Below are positions 10,899 to 24,900 of a stretch of 64,000 nucleotides of DNA, in pieces (position 1 is the first letter of the stretch; each line of letters begins with the position of its first letter). The notes under the pieces were generated by a model. It was not told the DNA's origin. It did no database searches and was given only the letters and a program-made list of their open reading frames with translations. The translations under genes were made by a program, and so were the position numbers. The DNA comes from Chlorokybus atmophyticus (Eukaryota; Plantae; Mesostigma and Chlorokybus algae), in the NCBI GenBank assembly GCA_009103225.1, contig RHPI01002503.1:298363-362362 (forward strand), given 5' to 3'.

Positions 10899-13800
10899 GC
10901 CCGCCTATGTGGGAACTTAACGAGACAGTAGTGTCTGGGGAAGTCACGCACGGAGGAACGGTTGGTATTACGGTTATTGCATCACAGAGCACGACCAAGG
11001 TCTTCACTGAGCACTTGTTGCATACCTTGCTGTAGTTTGTGTGTGCTAATTTGTTTGTGCAGACATCACATGATAAGTTGCACAGGCAATGCACTGGTAT
11101 TTCAATGAATAAAAATAGTGCAGGAGTGTATTTGGCAAACCACAACTTGTTGGCATATGAGCTCAGGTAGCTGCCGCATTTGAATCTACTAGTGGACAGA
11201 CTGCTCCTCTTTAAAGGTTTTCTCAACAATGAGGCTCACTGTGTACTCGAGATCGTTGATGACGTGGTGGTTGCCGCACTGTCTGAGTTTGCGCGTGATG
11301 TACTTGTCCGATACAGCTTGGGTGGTGGCATTTACCCTCAGCATATGCTCACGTTGTCACAGATAGCATTGAGCACAACTGTACTATTCTTGGACATGTT
11401 AATCTTTCAGACCACCAAACATGGCATCTGCACGCGCGTGTATGAAAAACTGCGTTAGCCCGTGTATCAGGCAGTGCCCATGATAAGAGCACCATATCCA
11501 CTCTTGGATATAGCCACCATCACCAAGCTTAACTTGGTGGTGTCCCGTTATGCGCGCTTCACACACTTGTGCACATTTAGACCGCATTTTAATAGGAGAT
11601 GCATAGGCTCATCAGGACCATGTGTGGCTACGGTTACAAGAAGCGTTGGGCAGGCTCCAAGCTAGAATAGTAAGGCACACTGGTGACATCTATGATGTGA
11701 CGCCCTTGCACTTGTACTTGTATGCTGGTGGTCAGAGCCAGCGAGGACATCAATGGATGAAGAGAGCTGCCCATTCCGCGGAGATTGTGGACGGGTGGAA
11801 AGGGTGGGTAAGTGTGGCTTGGTAAGATCCATCGCCGCTGCTGCACCACTAGCGGCTCACGTTGAACAGTTCGCGGGGTTGATGTGATGTGGGGTTGACG
11901 TGTGGGAGGGGCGGCAGAGCACACATCACATCACTGCACATCATCGCACTTGTTTTGCCGTTCGCTCCTTCCTTGCTGCGCCACTACCGCTTCTCACCTT
12001 CGCCTACTGCATGTGCTTCACAAGTTGGTTAACATTGGTTGGCTGCTGCCTCCTGCTGCTCGGCACTTGCATTGCACATATTGCACATATGGCACTTAGT
12101 GTGGTACCACCTACCGGTGTATGATAGGTGGTGAAGGCCCCGGGTATTATAATTGTGCTGTGGTGTTGGTGGTTTGTGCTTGTGCTTGTGTGCTAGCTAC
12201 TTGCAAATGAGCGCGTTTGTGGAATGACTACGATGCATACCATATGTATGCTTGTGTGCGCGCATGTGATTGCCATGTGAGGCAACCTATGTATGGGGCT
12301 CCAAGCGTGGCAGCTTCTTATATCATATCATATCATATCATAATGATTGCCAGCTAATGTCGATAGATGCTTACCGCTCAACATTACCCTGCCCCCGAAT
12401 GTGCGGCGCCCAATCCGCTACAGGCTTCAAGAGACCCGCAAATTGGTCAATTCCAGCAGTGTGGGGCAATGTACATTGCTCCCGAGGAAGTGTGTTCGAC
12501 ATGTGGGTCAAGACTACTATTCCCATGGGGCAACTCCCCGCCCTCGCCCTATGGGGGGAGGTGGTGGAGTGACACTGACATGTGCATGATGATGATGATC
12601 ATCTCTAGAGGGCTAAATGGAAGGGTTCCGAATGTATGCAATACGAATGTACGATTTTGCTAGACACGGCACATTCCAAGGTATAATAATGGTCATGCTT
12701 AGCTTAGATGGCAATAAATGCCAGCACAGACAACGCACACATATGTGGGCACTTAAACACACGCGCTGCATTGACGCTTTAGATGTATGTACACACGCAT
12801 AGGGTATAGCACATGGGCCACGAGCAATAGTGTAACAAGCAGCAAGGCACACGCATGCGTAGGCACTTGCACACACGCACACACGCCCATGTGAGCAGGT
12901 ACTAACTGAATGCATGCTTGTATGTCTAACGGGGCGGGCTAGCATTGGTATAGTGTAGCAAGCAGCCATAGAACTAGCCCGGTGGTTAAATTTGATGTGT
13001 AAAGCGTGTGTATGCTTGTGCTGATGCATGCCATTCGCATTGTCCACATGCATGCTGCCACCGTACCATACCCCTTATATACACACGCAAGCATTGGTGC
13101 GCACACACGCAACTTGGAACAACCCCTCCACCCAACTACTACACCATAGCAACACCGCTCATGTAAGCTGTAGGTGTACTGCTGTTTGCACACATGCTGT
13201 GCACACAATAACGTAGCATCCTATCGGTAATTCACAAGCTTGCTTTCATGTTGATAGAGTAAATCACGGCCAAGGTCATTGATACTGTTTGCATGATACT
13301 CATAGGAGAATCTCCATAAACAATTTCGTATTTTACCTTGATGCTTGACTATGTGCATGTAATGTGTCAGCTTGTATTCCCAATCTCTACATTTCACCAT
13401 AAAGCCAAAGAGAGCTTCACTTTTTCTTCATGCAAATGTGCGTGTGCAAAGCACATCAAGCCCCATCAACATAGCAGCAATGGGATTGAGACTTCTACAG
13501 AGATTTGGGGCATATGCGTATGTGTGCGCACAGGCGTGTACTCTAGTGTCCGCGCGCGCGCGCGCGTGCGCCGTGCTACCTGCGTGTGTTGTGCGTGTGA
13601 CAGTCAGTAACTTGGCGTGCATGCGAGCAGACGATAATTGCAGCTGAATGTGCACACATGCGCATGCATACACATATGTATAACATCATAAATGTGATGG
13701 TTGTATAACGGAGAAAGAGAACACGATTGTGAATGAGAATAAGCATGGGGAATGTTCGTCCATGATTGCTTATGCCTGCTTATGTGACTGCGCGCGCGTG

Positions 13801-15259
13801 TGTGTGTGTGCGTGCATGGGCTGTGTGCAGACCTGGCAGTAGCTGGGTGTATTTGATGTTTAGTTTGTTCAGTGCGTTCAGGCGACAGCACCTGTTTTTC
13901 TTGACCAGACCCCAGCCCAGGTCCTTGCCAACCTGCCATCAGAAACTGCAGAAGCGCAAGGGCGAGCAGCATGCGATTGCGGGGTTGTTGAGGCCATAAA
14001 GCCTCGACTCGGGGACGAGCACGTGCGTCATCGTTGTAACCAGAAAGATGCACATGCCGTGCCAGAGCAGAGCTGAGAAGCACTTGCGGAGTCGCCAGCA
14101 CGTACAGACCCACTCTCAACAGAAACGCCTCCTCCACCCACGCCAACAGTGCCCGCAAAAGGCGAGCCACGACCACGTCAGGAGTAAATCTGCACTGGTG
14201 GTGGTGATATCCCACTCCAATGCAAGACATTGGCATGTACAGCAGTGAGCTGCCAACCGCAACCAGTGTGTAGTAGCGTCGCAAAAACAAGGCAACCTCA
14301 CGCTGCGCACCTATACTCAACACCAATGGCGATGCTGCACATGACGTATGTGCCAAACGCCATGCATGCAAGGTACAAGTCCGGCGCATTGATATCGTAG
14401 AGTGGCGGCTTGTACGGTGAACCGCCAGCCTACTTGCTCCGGCACCCTTGTCCATGACCCCTACTGCATGCACGTCAAGGCTCATCAGCCACACTGCATG
14501 CAACAGTTACGCGCTCACCTTGCCAACAAACACAGCCACAACAACATGCAATAGCGTGTTGCGTGTTGTGGCAACAGAGTCCTACTGCAAGCAACAGTGA
14601 ACCCCATCTCCCCCGCTTACTCTATGGGGGAAAGGGCATAGGAGTATGTTCAGTCCCATCCCCCCGATGCGCATCCCGCTAAACATCCCCGGGAAAGGAT
14701 CAACACCGCCAACCAATGAGCTGGGGCCAGGCGGGGTGGGATGCACATGCCTGTAGCCCATCTGGACTGGATATGCACGAAAGAATGGTGGCAATGCTTA
14801 ACGTAGGCCTATGTGGCTGTGAGATGCAGTGTTCAGTCCTTGTAGTGTCTGTCTTTCTATTTTGGTGGTCGTGCAATCCTCCGTCAACTGATGCACCTCC
14901 CGAAGTTGGCCAGGGGAGGGGTACAGTATAGTGCAAAGGTGCATGCGAGAAAGGGTGCACCGCAAAGAGGCTGTTGCCCGCTCCGCAGTCTGGTTTCCAA
15001 TTCCCTTTTTGCTCCGCGATTTTGTGACTGCGACGATATCTGCATTGAGAGAGACAGATATCCAGCTCGCTTTGGGTGGACATCACGTGCACGCTTAGTG
15101 CCACGTGGCGCAATTCAACAGCCCGCAACACGTCCGAAGCTTAGTAAGGGCGGCGTTTAGGGCAACAAGTTGCCAACAACATGCCTCTGTGTTCACGCAT
15201 TTGCGTGTAGGAAGTAGTAGTAGTAGGAGGCGGAGGCGGAGGCGGCGGTGTTGCACCTT

Positions 15260-17398
15260 ATGGCGGAAGGGGGCGTGGTTGGTGTCATGAACACGTGGCA
15301 GGAGCTCCCGCAGGACTGCCTGCTGCGCGTGCTGGCCACCGCTGGCGCCCGCGCCAGCGCCGCCAGCCTGGCTGTATGCAGGTAGGCGGGAGCGAGTTAG
15401 TCGCAAACAGGTGTGACTGGACTGGGACTGGAAGTGTAAGAAGTAATCAAGCCCATGCTTGCCGACTGGCTATGGCTATGGCCTCTGCTGGTGTTGACAG
15501 ATTCAGCACTAGAAGCGATTTTGGGTGCTAGAGTCACTTCTCAACTTTGTCTGTCGCAGATATTGGAGGCAGGTTGCCGAAAGCGAGGACCTGTGGAGGC
15601 AGTTTTGCAAAGAAGATTATATTGAGATATTACCGCCGACAGACGAAAGGTGAAGTCGACAACGCAAAGCCGTCTGAACCGGAACAGACACAAACGCACG
15701 CATATACACAAACGTGCCTGCACAGAGCATGCATGCAAGTACATATGCGCATGCACACGCACACGCACATGCACGCACGCACGCACGCACGCACGTGCAT
15801 GCATGCGTGCTCTTGTACACACACGCACACACGCGCACACGCGCACACGCGCAGACCTGAACTCACCCCACACACTCCTCACCGCTCAGCTTCCGCGCCC
15901 GGTACGCGCGTGCCGCAGAGCTCGACGCCAACCTCCAGCACGGGCGATTCGTATCCAGCCGCTACGACTTGAGCGCGCCCTGCGACGGCCGCTGGCTGCT
16001 GGCACATTCTGCGGGAGGCTTCGGGGCGATCACTCGCGGGACTCAACCGAAAGCCATATGGTGGGGAAAAGCCCTCATAGTAAGTGTGTGTGCGTGTGTG
16101 TCATGGGCCACATATATCATGCCTTACAACTACCACGCGCATGGCACACACAGTACACACGCGCACGCGCATGCACACACACGCACGCACGTACGCACGC
16201 ACGCACACATACAGCACATGCACGCGTGTGAAGCCCTTTCCTGCGCAGGCATTGGATGAGAAGGTGTCGCCTGCGCACATCGTCACCTACACCGACAAGT
16301 GGCTCGTGCTCGCTCGCACGGGTTGGTTGCTCGTTTACGAGTTCCGTGCGGGTCAGCTGATGAGCGACATGGTGCTTCCCTTCAACGCCACTCTGCAGCA
16401 CGCGGAGGTGCGCGGTGACACCCTCGCATACGTGCTTCACGCCGGGACAACACTCATCAACAACGTGGTCTCGCTGCCGTACGTGACGAGTATTCGCACG
16501 TGGCAATGGCCGTGGCCGACACACATGCTCGCAGCAGTGCGCCAGTTCAGATACTTTGTCGCACATGATAGTGATGATGATGTCCACAACCACAAGTTGG
16601 AGGTGGCGTACTTCTACCCTCACACCTCTGCCGAGGCCGTGAACGAGGTGACTGTTGTAAATGTTGCCAACGGCGACGAGACGGTGTTTGCGTGGGAGAA
16701 GTACGCCCCTCACGACAGAGTGCTCACTCTGGAGTTGCAAGAGACTCGTCTCATCGTCGTCAACACCAAACGCTTGAGAGTGTTTGACAAGGCCTCCGGC
16801 ACGTGCTTGCAAGAGGTGAGACCCCTTGGCAGAGTTGTTGCGTGTACGAACTAGAAGCCAACATGGTGCATCACTCTGGTAGGTGCAACTGGGAGAGGTG
16901 AGAGAGCCCTTGCTAAAGGTGTTTCAACACATGATGAGCGACCCCGTCATCAAGCACATAGGCGCCAGCTGGCATCCGAACCGGGACAGAGTGCTAGTGA
17001 GCATGCCTTCTGGAGCAGTGCTGTGGGACTGGCGACGAGGCATGGTCAAGTACTTTGTGCGCAAGAGCAACAACAACACGACGATCATCGCGCAAGACAA
17101 CGCACCCGCTCCCTCTTGGCTTCCCGCACCCTTGCATGTGTCCTCCACGGCACCACAGCGTGTGCATCTACACGATGCGCGCATTGTTCTATACGATGGC
17201 AAAGGCAACAGGTTCTTGCGAGTGGTTGACTTTGTGCGTGGGCCGAGCGTGCATAAAGGAGATGGTGAAGGAGAGGAGGAAGAAGAGGAGGGTGTGAATG
17301 GCGGGTTGATGGCGATATTGGCTTCGGCCGTGAGGCAGGTCACGGAGCAGGTGATGTCCACGGCGCAACAGGTGCTGGCTAGGCGAGGCATGTCGTAG
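15260..17398 (+). CDS. F-box protein with a probable C-terminal beta-propeller (WD40-like) region; 5 exons
   Basis: Exons 1-2 join to give an F-box: TWQELPQDCLLRVLATAGARASAASLAVCR|YWRQVAESEDLWRQFCKEDY. Then SFRARYARAAELDANLQHG, exon 16250-16815 and exon 16883-17398 with beta-strand-rich repeats (AVLWDWRRG, RIVLYDGKGNRFLRVVDF). All junctions GT-AG and in frame. Confidence 0.75.
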
Positions 17399-18144
17399 TT
17401 GTTGTGTATGAAAAGTGATATTAACCATTGCCAGCGACTGGTACATAGCAGGTATATGCGGTTGGTACTACATTCTACTAGTGCTAGCAAATGGAGGTGG
17501 TGTACTGCAAAGCTGCGGTTGAGGTTTGCTACATATTGCAAAGTCAGTTTGTGGGTATCAGTGGGATGTTCAGCACAGACGGTGCTTAGCACATAAGAAA
17601 CGACGCGATGCATGCTGAGCTACCTTCACGCATTACCTCGCTCGATGTCTGCGTCGGATGCAGATGTATCATGTGAGTTGCTGGCAAAAGGCACCTTGCC
17701 AGCTGTTTTTGAACATCGCACTTGCACGAGTAGACAACCATCACATAGAAGCACACATGGGTGCGGTCAGTGGTGCGCATTGCGGCAAAAGCTTGGCAAG
17801 ATGTGTAAAGATACCACAAGCGGAAAGTCCCGAGCAGGTCCTAAGCCAGCCCCTCAGGCATCAGCGCACATTGGCATGCTGGGCAACGCGAGTGAAAGCG
17901 TGCTGCAAAGTACCGCACCACACCGCGCCGCACAAGCAACATCACAAGCAAGACCTGTTACTCACAACCTCAATGTCACAACCGCATTGCACTCTATGTA
18001 CAGTTCAATGTGGCCATTGCCGCTGAAGTGTATGCAAACAAGCCAACACGCTTTGCGCCCGGCTACGAAGCATTTTTCAAGAGTTGCATGGCTGTTTGAT
18101 CAGTATGAACAACTTAAGGAGATCAGTCAGTCAGAGGCAAGCGC

Positions 18145-18354
18145 TCAAGGTTTCCACCCATGCTGCACTGCTACGCGCTGAAACGCCTCTCGGGCCTCGC
18201 ATAAGCTGTACTCACGGCTGCTGGCGACATTCCGCCGAGCATTGCCCTCAACAAGAATGCGGGTCTTTCCGAACAGGATAGTGAAGGTCTGCTACTCGTG
18301 GATGCTGATGATTGTCTTTGAAACGTTGGGACACCCGCACAAATGGTGTTTCTC
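18145..18354 (-). pseudogene. Decayed paralog of the UBE2Q-type E2 C-terminus, lacking the catalytic-Cys exon
   Basis: ETPFVRVSQRF (vs EPPFVRVVSPRF at 22.45 kb) lies only about 65 nt from RILVEGNARRNVASSREYSLCEAREAFQRVAVQHGWKP* (vs HLVEGGARLDTTSGREYSLAEAQEAFQRVAAQHGWQA*). No GGSICME is present between them. Confidence 0.75.
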
Positions 18355-18973
18355 GTGCTTGGGCGTTGTCCGTCTCATCTACGGAACCGCCCTAAGAAGA
18401 GCAAGCTTTGTGCAGCTCGTCCCCACCCACTGACCTTGTCGCATAGCGCGCGCCTGCACTGTTGGCATTGCCACTCGAGAACCTGCAAGTGTGTGCTGGC
18501 GAAGACAAACAGATGGCTGGATTGCCTTTAGCCGGGGCCAACGCTTGAGAGCCGTCACGAAGTCAGCCGCCATCACACGCTGGGGTGTTGAGATGGCAAT
18601 TTGCCGCTGGCATGCCATGCCGTTATGGAGATGAGTAATAACCATCTCCAAGCCCGAAGGCCGCCCCTGTGGGTAGCCAAACTTCTATCTCTTGATGTTG
18701 CTTGCAGAGCTTGGCAAGCTCCATTTGATCGGTGACGTTGACGGTGACGCAATCCCCGCACAGCACCGGCAACAGCTCCTTATTTGGAAGATGTTGTGCT
18801 GAAGGGACCTTGTCGTTCACAGACATTGTGCGTCAAGTTTACGATGACAGAGCGTATGGCAATAGAAAAAACACATGTTTGACCTTACATTCAGCACTGT
18901 GTATGCACAAGCTAGTAGGGCAACTGGCAGTGGCGTACCTTATAACCGCTAGCTTTCTTGCCAACTTCTTTGT

Positions 18974-19026
18974 AGTAGTAGAACATGAAGTGTGCGTCAC
19001 TAACGCACACTTCATGTTCTACTACT
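18974..19026. other. Perfect 24-bp hairpin with 5-nt loop
   Basis: agtagtagaacatgaagtgtgcgt - cacta - acgcacacttcatgttctactact; checked base by base. Confidence 0.9.
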
Positions 19027-19873
19027 TCCACAGTCACCGCGCGAAATTGAAAGACGGCTACAACATCAACGTCCACAAACTGCATGTACAACAGCAAATG
19101 TTGCAATTGGGCTGTATATATAGAGCTCAATGTTTTGTTGACGTACTTGTAAATACTTTGAGCGCAACATATATGCCTGTTCGCACCTGATCGCTTGCGT
19201 CGTGGTCCCCGCGCTCCTTCAACTAGGCCACAGCGCGTACTGCGGCTTCATTTTCCTCTATATGTGACTCGCATGTCGTGAAGCTCTGAATGTTCTGGAC
19301 CTGCAATCGGATCGGATTGATGCACCAATCTACAAAAACTGTGGGAAGCCCTTGATTGACGCAAACACTACAGAGCTTCTCACATGCTGGACAAACCAGT
19401 TGTCTTAACCGACCATGACATATGTGCCCTCGTCATGCAAGTCTACCAAGGGCAGAAATACGACATCGATCTTTGACTCGAAGTCATGCAAATCATCCGG
19501 CATGTCCTTCAGCGGAATAAGTGCGAAGCCTCCAACATGGGCAATAAGCTGTTGTAATTGCACACGACAAAACAATAAGTGATTGGCAATAAGTTGCTGC
19601 AATGACCATGAGCGCAACCAATGCAGTCCAGTACGCATGATGCCAAGCATACCGCTGTTAAGTTTGCCTACCTTAAGCTGCAGCGCCTTCACTCGTCGAA
19701 ACTCTTGTCCGGCTCAGGGACGTACACCTTGATCTTGGTGTAAATCTTCTCCGGAGATGCACTCTTGCTGCGTACAGGTGTTGGGCCAAGGCGATGCATC
19801 CTTGTGCTTCTGCAGAGAGAGAGAGAGAGCGGGTGGGTGGGTGGGGGGGGGGCAGCGAATGCAGCTGAAGCAN

Positions 19874-20294
<421 letters not shown>

Positions 20295-20566
20295 CAAAAC
20301 GGCCCGACCAACGTCCTTACGTGTTGCCGCGCGCACCGTTGCCTCCCGTTTTAGCGGCCCTGGCCTCCGGCCTGCAGTGCCCAACAGCCCTTACCGGGCT
20401 CCAAGCGACCTCCCACCTCCTCCCCTAAACTCTCCCGCCGCCGCCGCCGCCACCGGCGAGAGACCTGCGAACCATTGCCGGTGCTGATCTGATCTCAACT
20501 TGGCTCTGCCCTCTGCCCTCTGCCCTCGCGCATCGCAGCGGCGGCGGTGGCGGTGGAGCTGTCGCC

Positions 20567-21129
20567 GGTGCCTACCGCTACGTGGCTGAAGCTCAACATG
20601 AAGGCGGTGTCAGTGGTGTAAGTCACAGGTAACTAACTTCAAGGTCCGCAGGAGAGTATGATCTGGAGACATAGAGAGGCGTTGCGTGTCCCCCGCAGGT
20701 CGGATGGGAGTGTCATGCATGCTAGTGTGATTTACAGTTGACAGTAGCGCCGGCGAGGAGTGCCCAATCACATTGCATGCCCCGGTAGAGTCTACCTTTG
20801 TTAGGCACCGTCGCTGTCGTCGTCGCTTTGGTCGTTGTGTTTGGGTGGCTGCTATGCTACGTACAGCGCTGCATACACCCATGTGCATTTGCATGTAGAC
20901 TTTGGATGCTACGTACAGCAATCTCTGCTTTGTACTGACCAAGCATGCTGCGTGCACAGTCTTGATGGCGAAGGAAACAGGTTCTTCGCGCGTGGTGGAC
21001 TTCGTGCGCAAAGGAGAGCAGGGAGACAAAGCATGCGACTGGCGACTGGTTTCGGCTGTGCGGCAGGCGATGCAGTAGGTGATATCCACAGCGCAGCACG
21101 CGTTCTCTCGGCGACACATGTCTTTGTAG
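20567..21129 (+). pseudogene. Decayed, internally deleted copy of the F-box gene
   Basis: 3' part gatggcgaaggaaacaggttcttcgcgcgtggtggacttcgtgcgc matches 17195 gatggcaaaggcaacaggttcttgcgagtggttgactttgtgcgt with a +1 frameshift, and SAVRQAMQ*VISTAQ matches SAVRQVTEQVMSTAQ. 5' part ACG TGG CTG AAG CTC resembles exon 1 ACG TGG CAG GAG CTC. Confidence 0.7.
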
Positions 21130-21975
21130 CTGTATGTATACAGGCAAAGCTACTATGTGTAACATTACACAAGCAGCAATTGCCAGCGCGACTGGCACGT
21201 AGCAGGTATGTGACTGGTACCACTGTCTACTAGTGCTAGCAGATGGAGTTGGTGCACATGCTGCATTCAGCAGTGCAAACTTGGTCTTTCAACAACGATG
21301 TCAGGGGCTTGCTTACATGACAATGCACGAAACATGCATTATGACTAGCTGCTTTCATGCAAGACCACAGCTAGTGCATGCTGCAGTGCTGTGACACAAT
21401 GCAGCCGTATGCCAAGGGTGCACTGTGTCTGCAACACAAACACAGACACTGCCTTGCTGGATTTATCGCAGTGTTTGCTTGGCATAGCAGATAAAATCAG
21501 TTGCTGGCAAAGGAAACGTGCGAGTTGTTCGTGGTTCGGTTGCATTGTGGCTCTTATTATAGTTTTGGCATCAATTGCAAAGTTGCACAAGCACGCAAGC
21601 TTTTCAAGCAGGTTGTTAGCCAGCCTCTCGTGCATGAAAGCATGCACAGCATCATGTTGCGCAACAGGAGCAAGAGATGCAGCACTGGTAGGTGCCGTCC
21701 CACACGCATGGGCATTGTGAATAAACACATGTATTGGCAGAGTAGTTATTCGCAGTCTAGTCTGCAGTCCGGCATGCTAATATCTGTACAGCGGCGTACT
21801 GCCATTTTCTTACGGTCATGCCGTTTAACTGTATACAGTTAGCAAGCCAACACTTCTTCCGCCAGGGCTATGGAAGCAACAAGAATTAGAGGTAAACTGA
21901 AGGTGAGATGATAGATCATGGTGGTATAAACATTATGAACAACCTGGGGCAAAAGCGAGAACCAATGGCAAGCGC

Positions 21976-24900
21976 TTAAGCTTGCCACCCATGCTGCGCT
22001 GCAACGCGCTGGAATGCCTCCTGGGCCTCAGCCAAGCTGTACTCACGGCCGCTGGTGGTATCTAGCCGGGCGCCGCCCTCCACAAGGTGCGAGTGAATCT
22101 GCAACAGGCAGTCAAGAAGAACAAGCAAGTCCAAATTGAACAACTGATGAAGTGGTACTGACAGACAGGGTCACCCCCAAGGTTCTTGTTGAGCTGACCT
22201 CCACAAGCAGGTTCTCCAAACTCATGGCGGGTGTCCAGCCCGTGCGAGTCAAGGACTCCATGCAAATGCTGCCTCCAACAGTAACATGACCAGTCCGAAA
22301 CCTGCGTAATATGCCTCCAGTTGTATGCCATTGAGTAAGACTTGAAAGCAACATACAAAGAGCTGCAGAACCGCCACCCCGCCAGCACAGAGCAGCCGCA
22401 AGGTTCTGCATTTGTAATGGTGTGACTGTACTACCTGAAACGCGGGGACACCACCCGGACGAATGGTGGTTCGAATGGGAAGTCGTTCGGGAAGCGCAGC
22501 TCAAGAACTACACCCGCCTACAAACACCCAGCGCCGTCAAGAGAACAGCAAGTTGGGAGCGTTTTACCCCCCAAGATGCATGTGCGTGTCGCACAATCAC
22601 AAACACTATGCTGGATTGGGGTAGGGTGGGGTGGGCACCTGAGCTGCTGGCTTGCCAGTCCTCCGAGCATAGTCGTGTAACTCAATGTGCAATGGCGTTG
22701 CCTGCAACCACACCAGGGAACATGCCATACGAACAAGTCGCGGTCAGAAACTGATGTATGGGCAGTTTTTGTCGTGGTCCCATGCCAAGCAACAATGGTG
22801 CCTCGCAACTGAGACTGGCACAGTTGTCAAGTACCTGAAAGAGATCTACACTGTACTTGACTAGCCATCTAAACATGTCGTCCTCATCCGGCAACTCGAC
22901 CACGCACTTTCCATCGCCCATGAAGTTATGGCTGGAGCTGGTGCTTCGGGACGCCTGAAGCGTGACCATTTTCTTCAACTCGCGCGTGACGGCTTTTGTT
23001 GCAGCAGTGCTGTGCTGACTTCCAGGTCGTGTTGCATGTTGCAAGGGCGTGCTGCATTGCGCTTCAGCCACATCAGCCTTGCTCTCACGCTCCAGGTCGA
23101 TGTCTGACTCAGCAAGTCCTGCAGCACGCAGCTGGCGCATCAAGCCTTAACGTAACCGAACCGTTAACTAGAAGGACGAAATGGCTTTGTCGATACTAAG
23201 TTGGCCATGCCAAGTTAACAAGGTTTCTTACAAAAGAGGTCATACACATCAGTTCCGTTGTAGTGATGCAGCGCAATGCGTGCAACCACTTGCCTCTCGC
23301 TGTTGCATCAGTGGACTGCACAGGAACAAAATCCTTTCGCCATGCTTGGAGAACAATCTTTATTGGCCTTGGTGCATCATCAACCAATGTAGTGCTCTGC
23401 GCGAGCAGATATGAGTGCAACCCGTTGGAAGACTAGCAGTGCAGCAAAAAGCTTTGAGCTTGCACTACCGACCTGAGCCAATGCAAGCTGATGGTGTGAG
23501 TAGTGACTGCTGAGGCGTGGTAAGAGGTCTGCAGCGCCATAGCTCTCACGACTATAACTTGATACACTTCCTTGTGGTGCGCACATGAGGTATCTTATGG
23601 TGACGCAGTCAGCGTCGTGGATGGTGAGAATGCCGGAGTGCGCTGAACGGGAGGCGAACATATTTAAGGCGGGTGATAAGGCTGGTATGGACGGTGCCGC
23701 TGCCACAGGTGTTGCTCTTCCAGGTAATTCACGCACAACCTCACAGATGGCCATCATCGTGTAATCGCCACCACAATAAGCCAAAGACGTGTCTCGAGTA
23801 GTGGCCAAGTAGATTCCCTGGCAGCACAGCCATGTGTGACTATCACAACACCAGCACTTGACATGCTCATCAGCCCATGCACGAAGGGAGCTGGTAATAC
23901 CTGGCCATATGCTGCGCCTTGAGCCATGAGATGCGTGTGAGACAGATTGCGCAAACCTGAGCAGCCAGTTGCATGCGGTTTCGATTATGACAGACAGAAC
24001 ATGTTCAGCAGTCTGTTGACATGCGTATTGCAAAGGGAAACAGCACACACACTGAAAGGTACCGTTGCGCATGATGCTGAAGAAGTTGTGGAACTTGGAT
24101 CCGTGATAGGCAAACATTGAGGCTCCAGCTGCATTGCGGCGTGCGGTGAACCTGGCCTCATGCTCGGGGTTGCCTTCAAGTACGCAGTATTGCTTCCACT
24201 CCTAGTAGCACACACGCATTATTAAAATCTGCAATGGTGAGCGTAGCTACCAGCTTCACAACAAACAAACAGCCATACCTGGCCAAAACTTTTCAAACGA
24301 TGTGACTCGGGAAGACAATGCACGCGTGTGCGGTTTGTTGAAACCACAAACTGTAAAATCTGGTACATCAACAAGACGCTCTGCCGCATGTGAATGGTCA
24401 TGTTTGCACCGATGCGCTGCAGCACAGCCTGCAGCAGCGTGTACACGAACGGAGCAGTTGAAGTGGTGATGTCATTGAATATATCAACTTTGGGTTTCGA
24501 TGCTTCCAGCTGTAGTAAAACAAGGCGCTGTCCAGTTGCAGGATCAGTGTAATAACAAGCGAGGTGCTTTTGTTTTGGGACACCACTCGTCGAGTCCTTT
24601 GTGGGAACGTCATAATTGTCGAGCTGTTCAACCTGCAAAAGTGGCTTCAATGCCAGCGGTAGTTGCAGAAGTCTGTCGTGGGCACCATTGAGCACACTTG
24701 TCTTGTTGACGGCGCTGCACGCGTACATTTTGTTTACATGCCGCGTAACATTTACAAGCTAGCATGCTACATACAACCATGCCAAGCGATCATGGTTAGA
24801 ATGCGCTGCATCAATATCTGTCGCTCTTACCTTAGCAAGCAGACTGTGACAATCCATTTCACAGCCAACAGAGCCTTCAACTCACAGTCACTCTCACAGG

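Noticed and set aside
11030-11590. Long apparent frame with stops at Q/R-like positions (possible decayed transposon ORF)
   Set aside because: About 7-8 stops in about 187 codons is close to random expectation, and no RT, transposase or integrase motif was recognised.
12200-13800. ORFs rich in H/C/A/T/M
   Set aside because: They are translations of CA/TG/AT low-complexity repeats, not credible proteins.
13604-14503. 299-aa minus-strand ORF with hydrophobic stretches
   Set aside because: No family motif, and parts overlap simple repeats; left unassigned.
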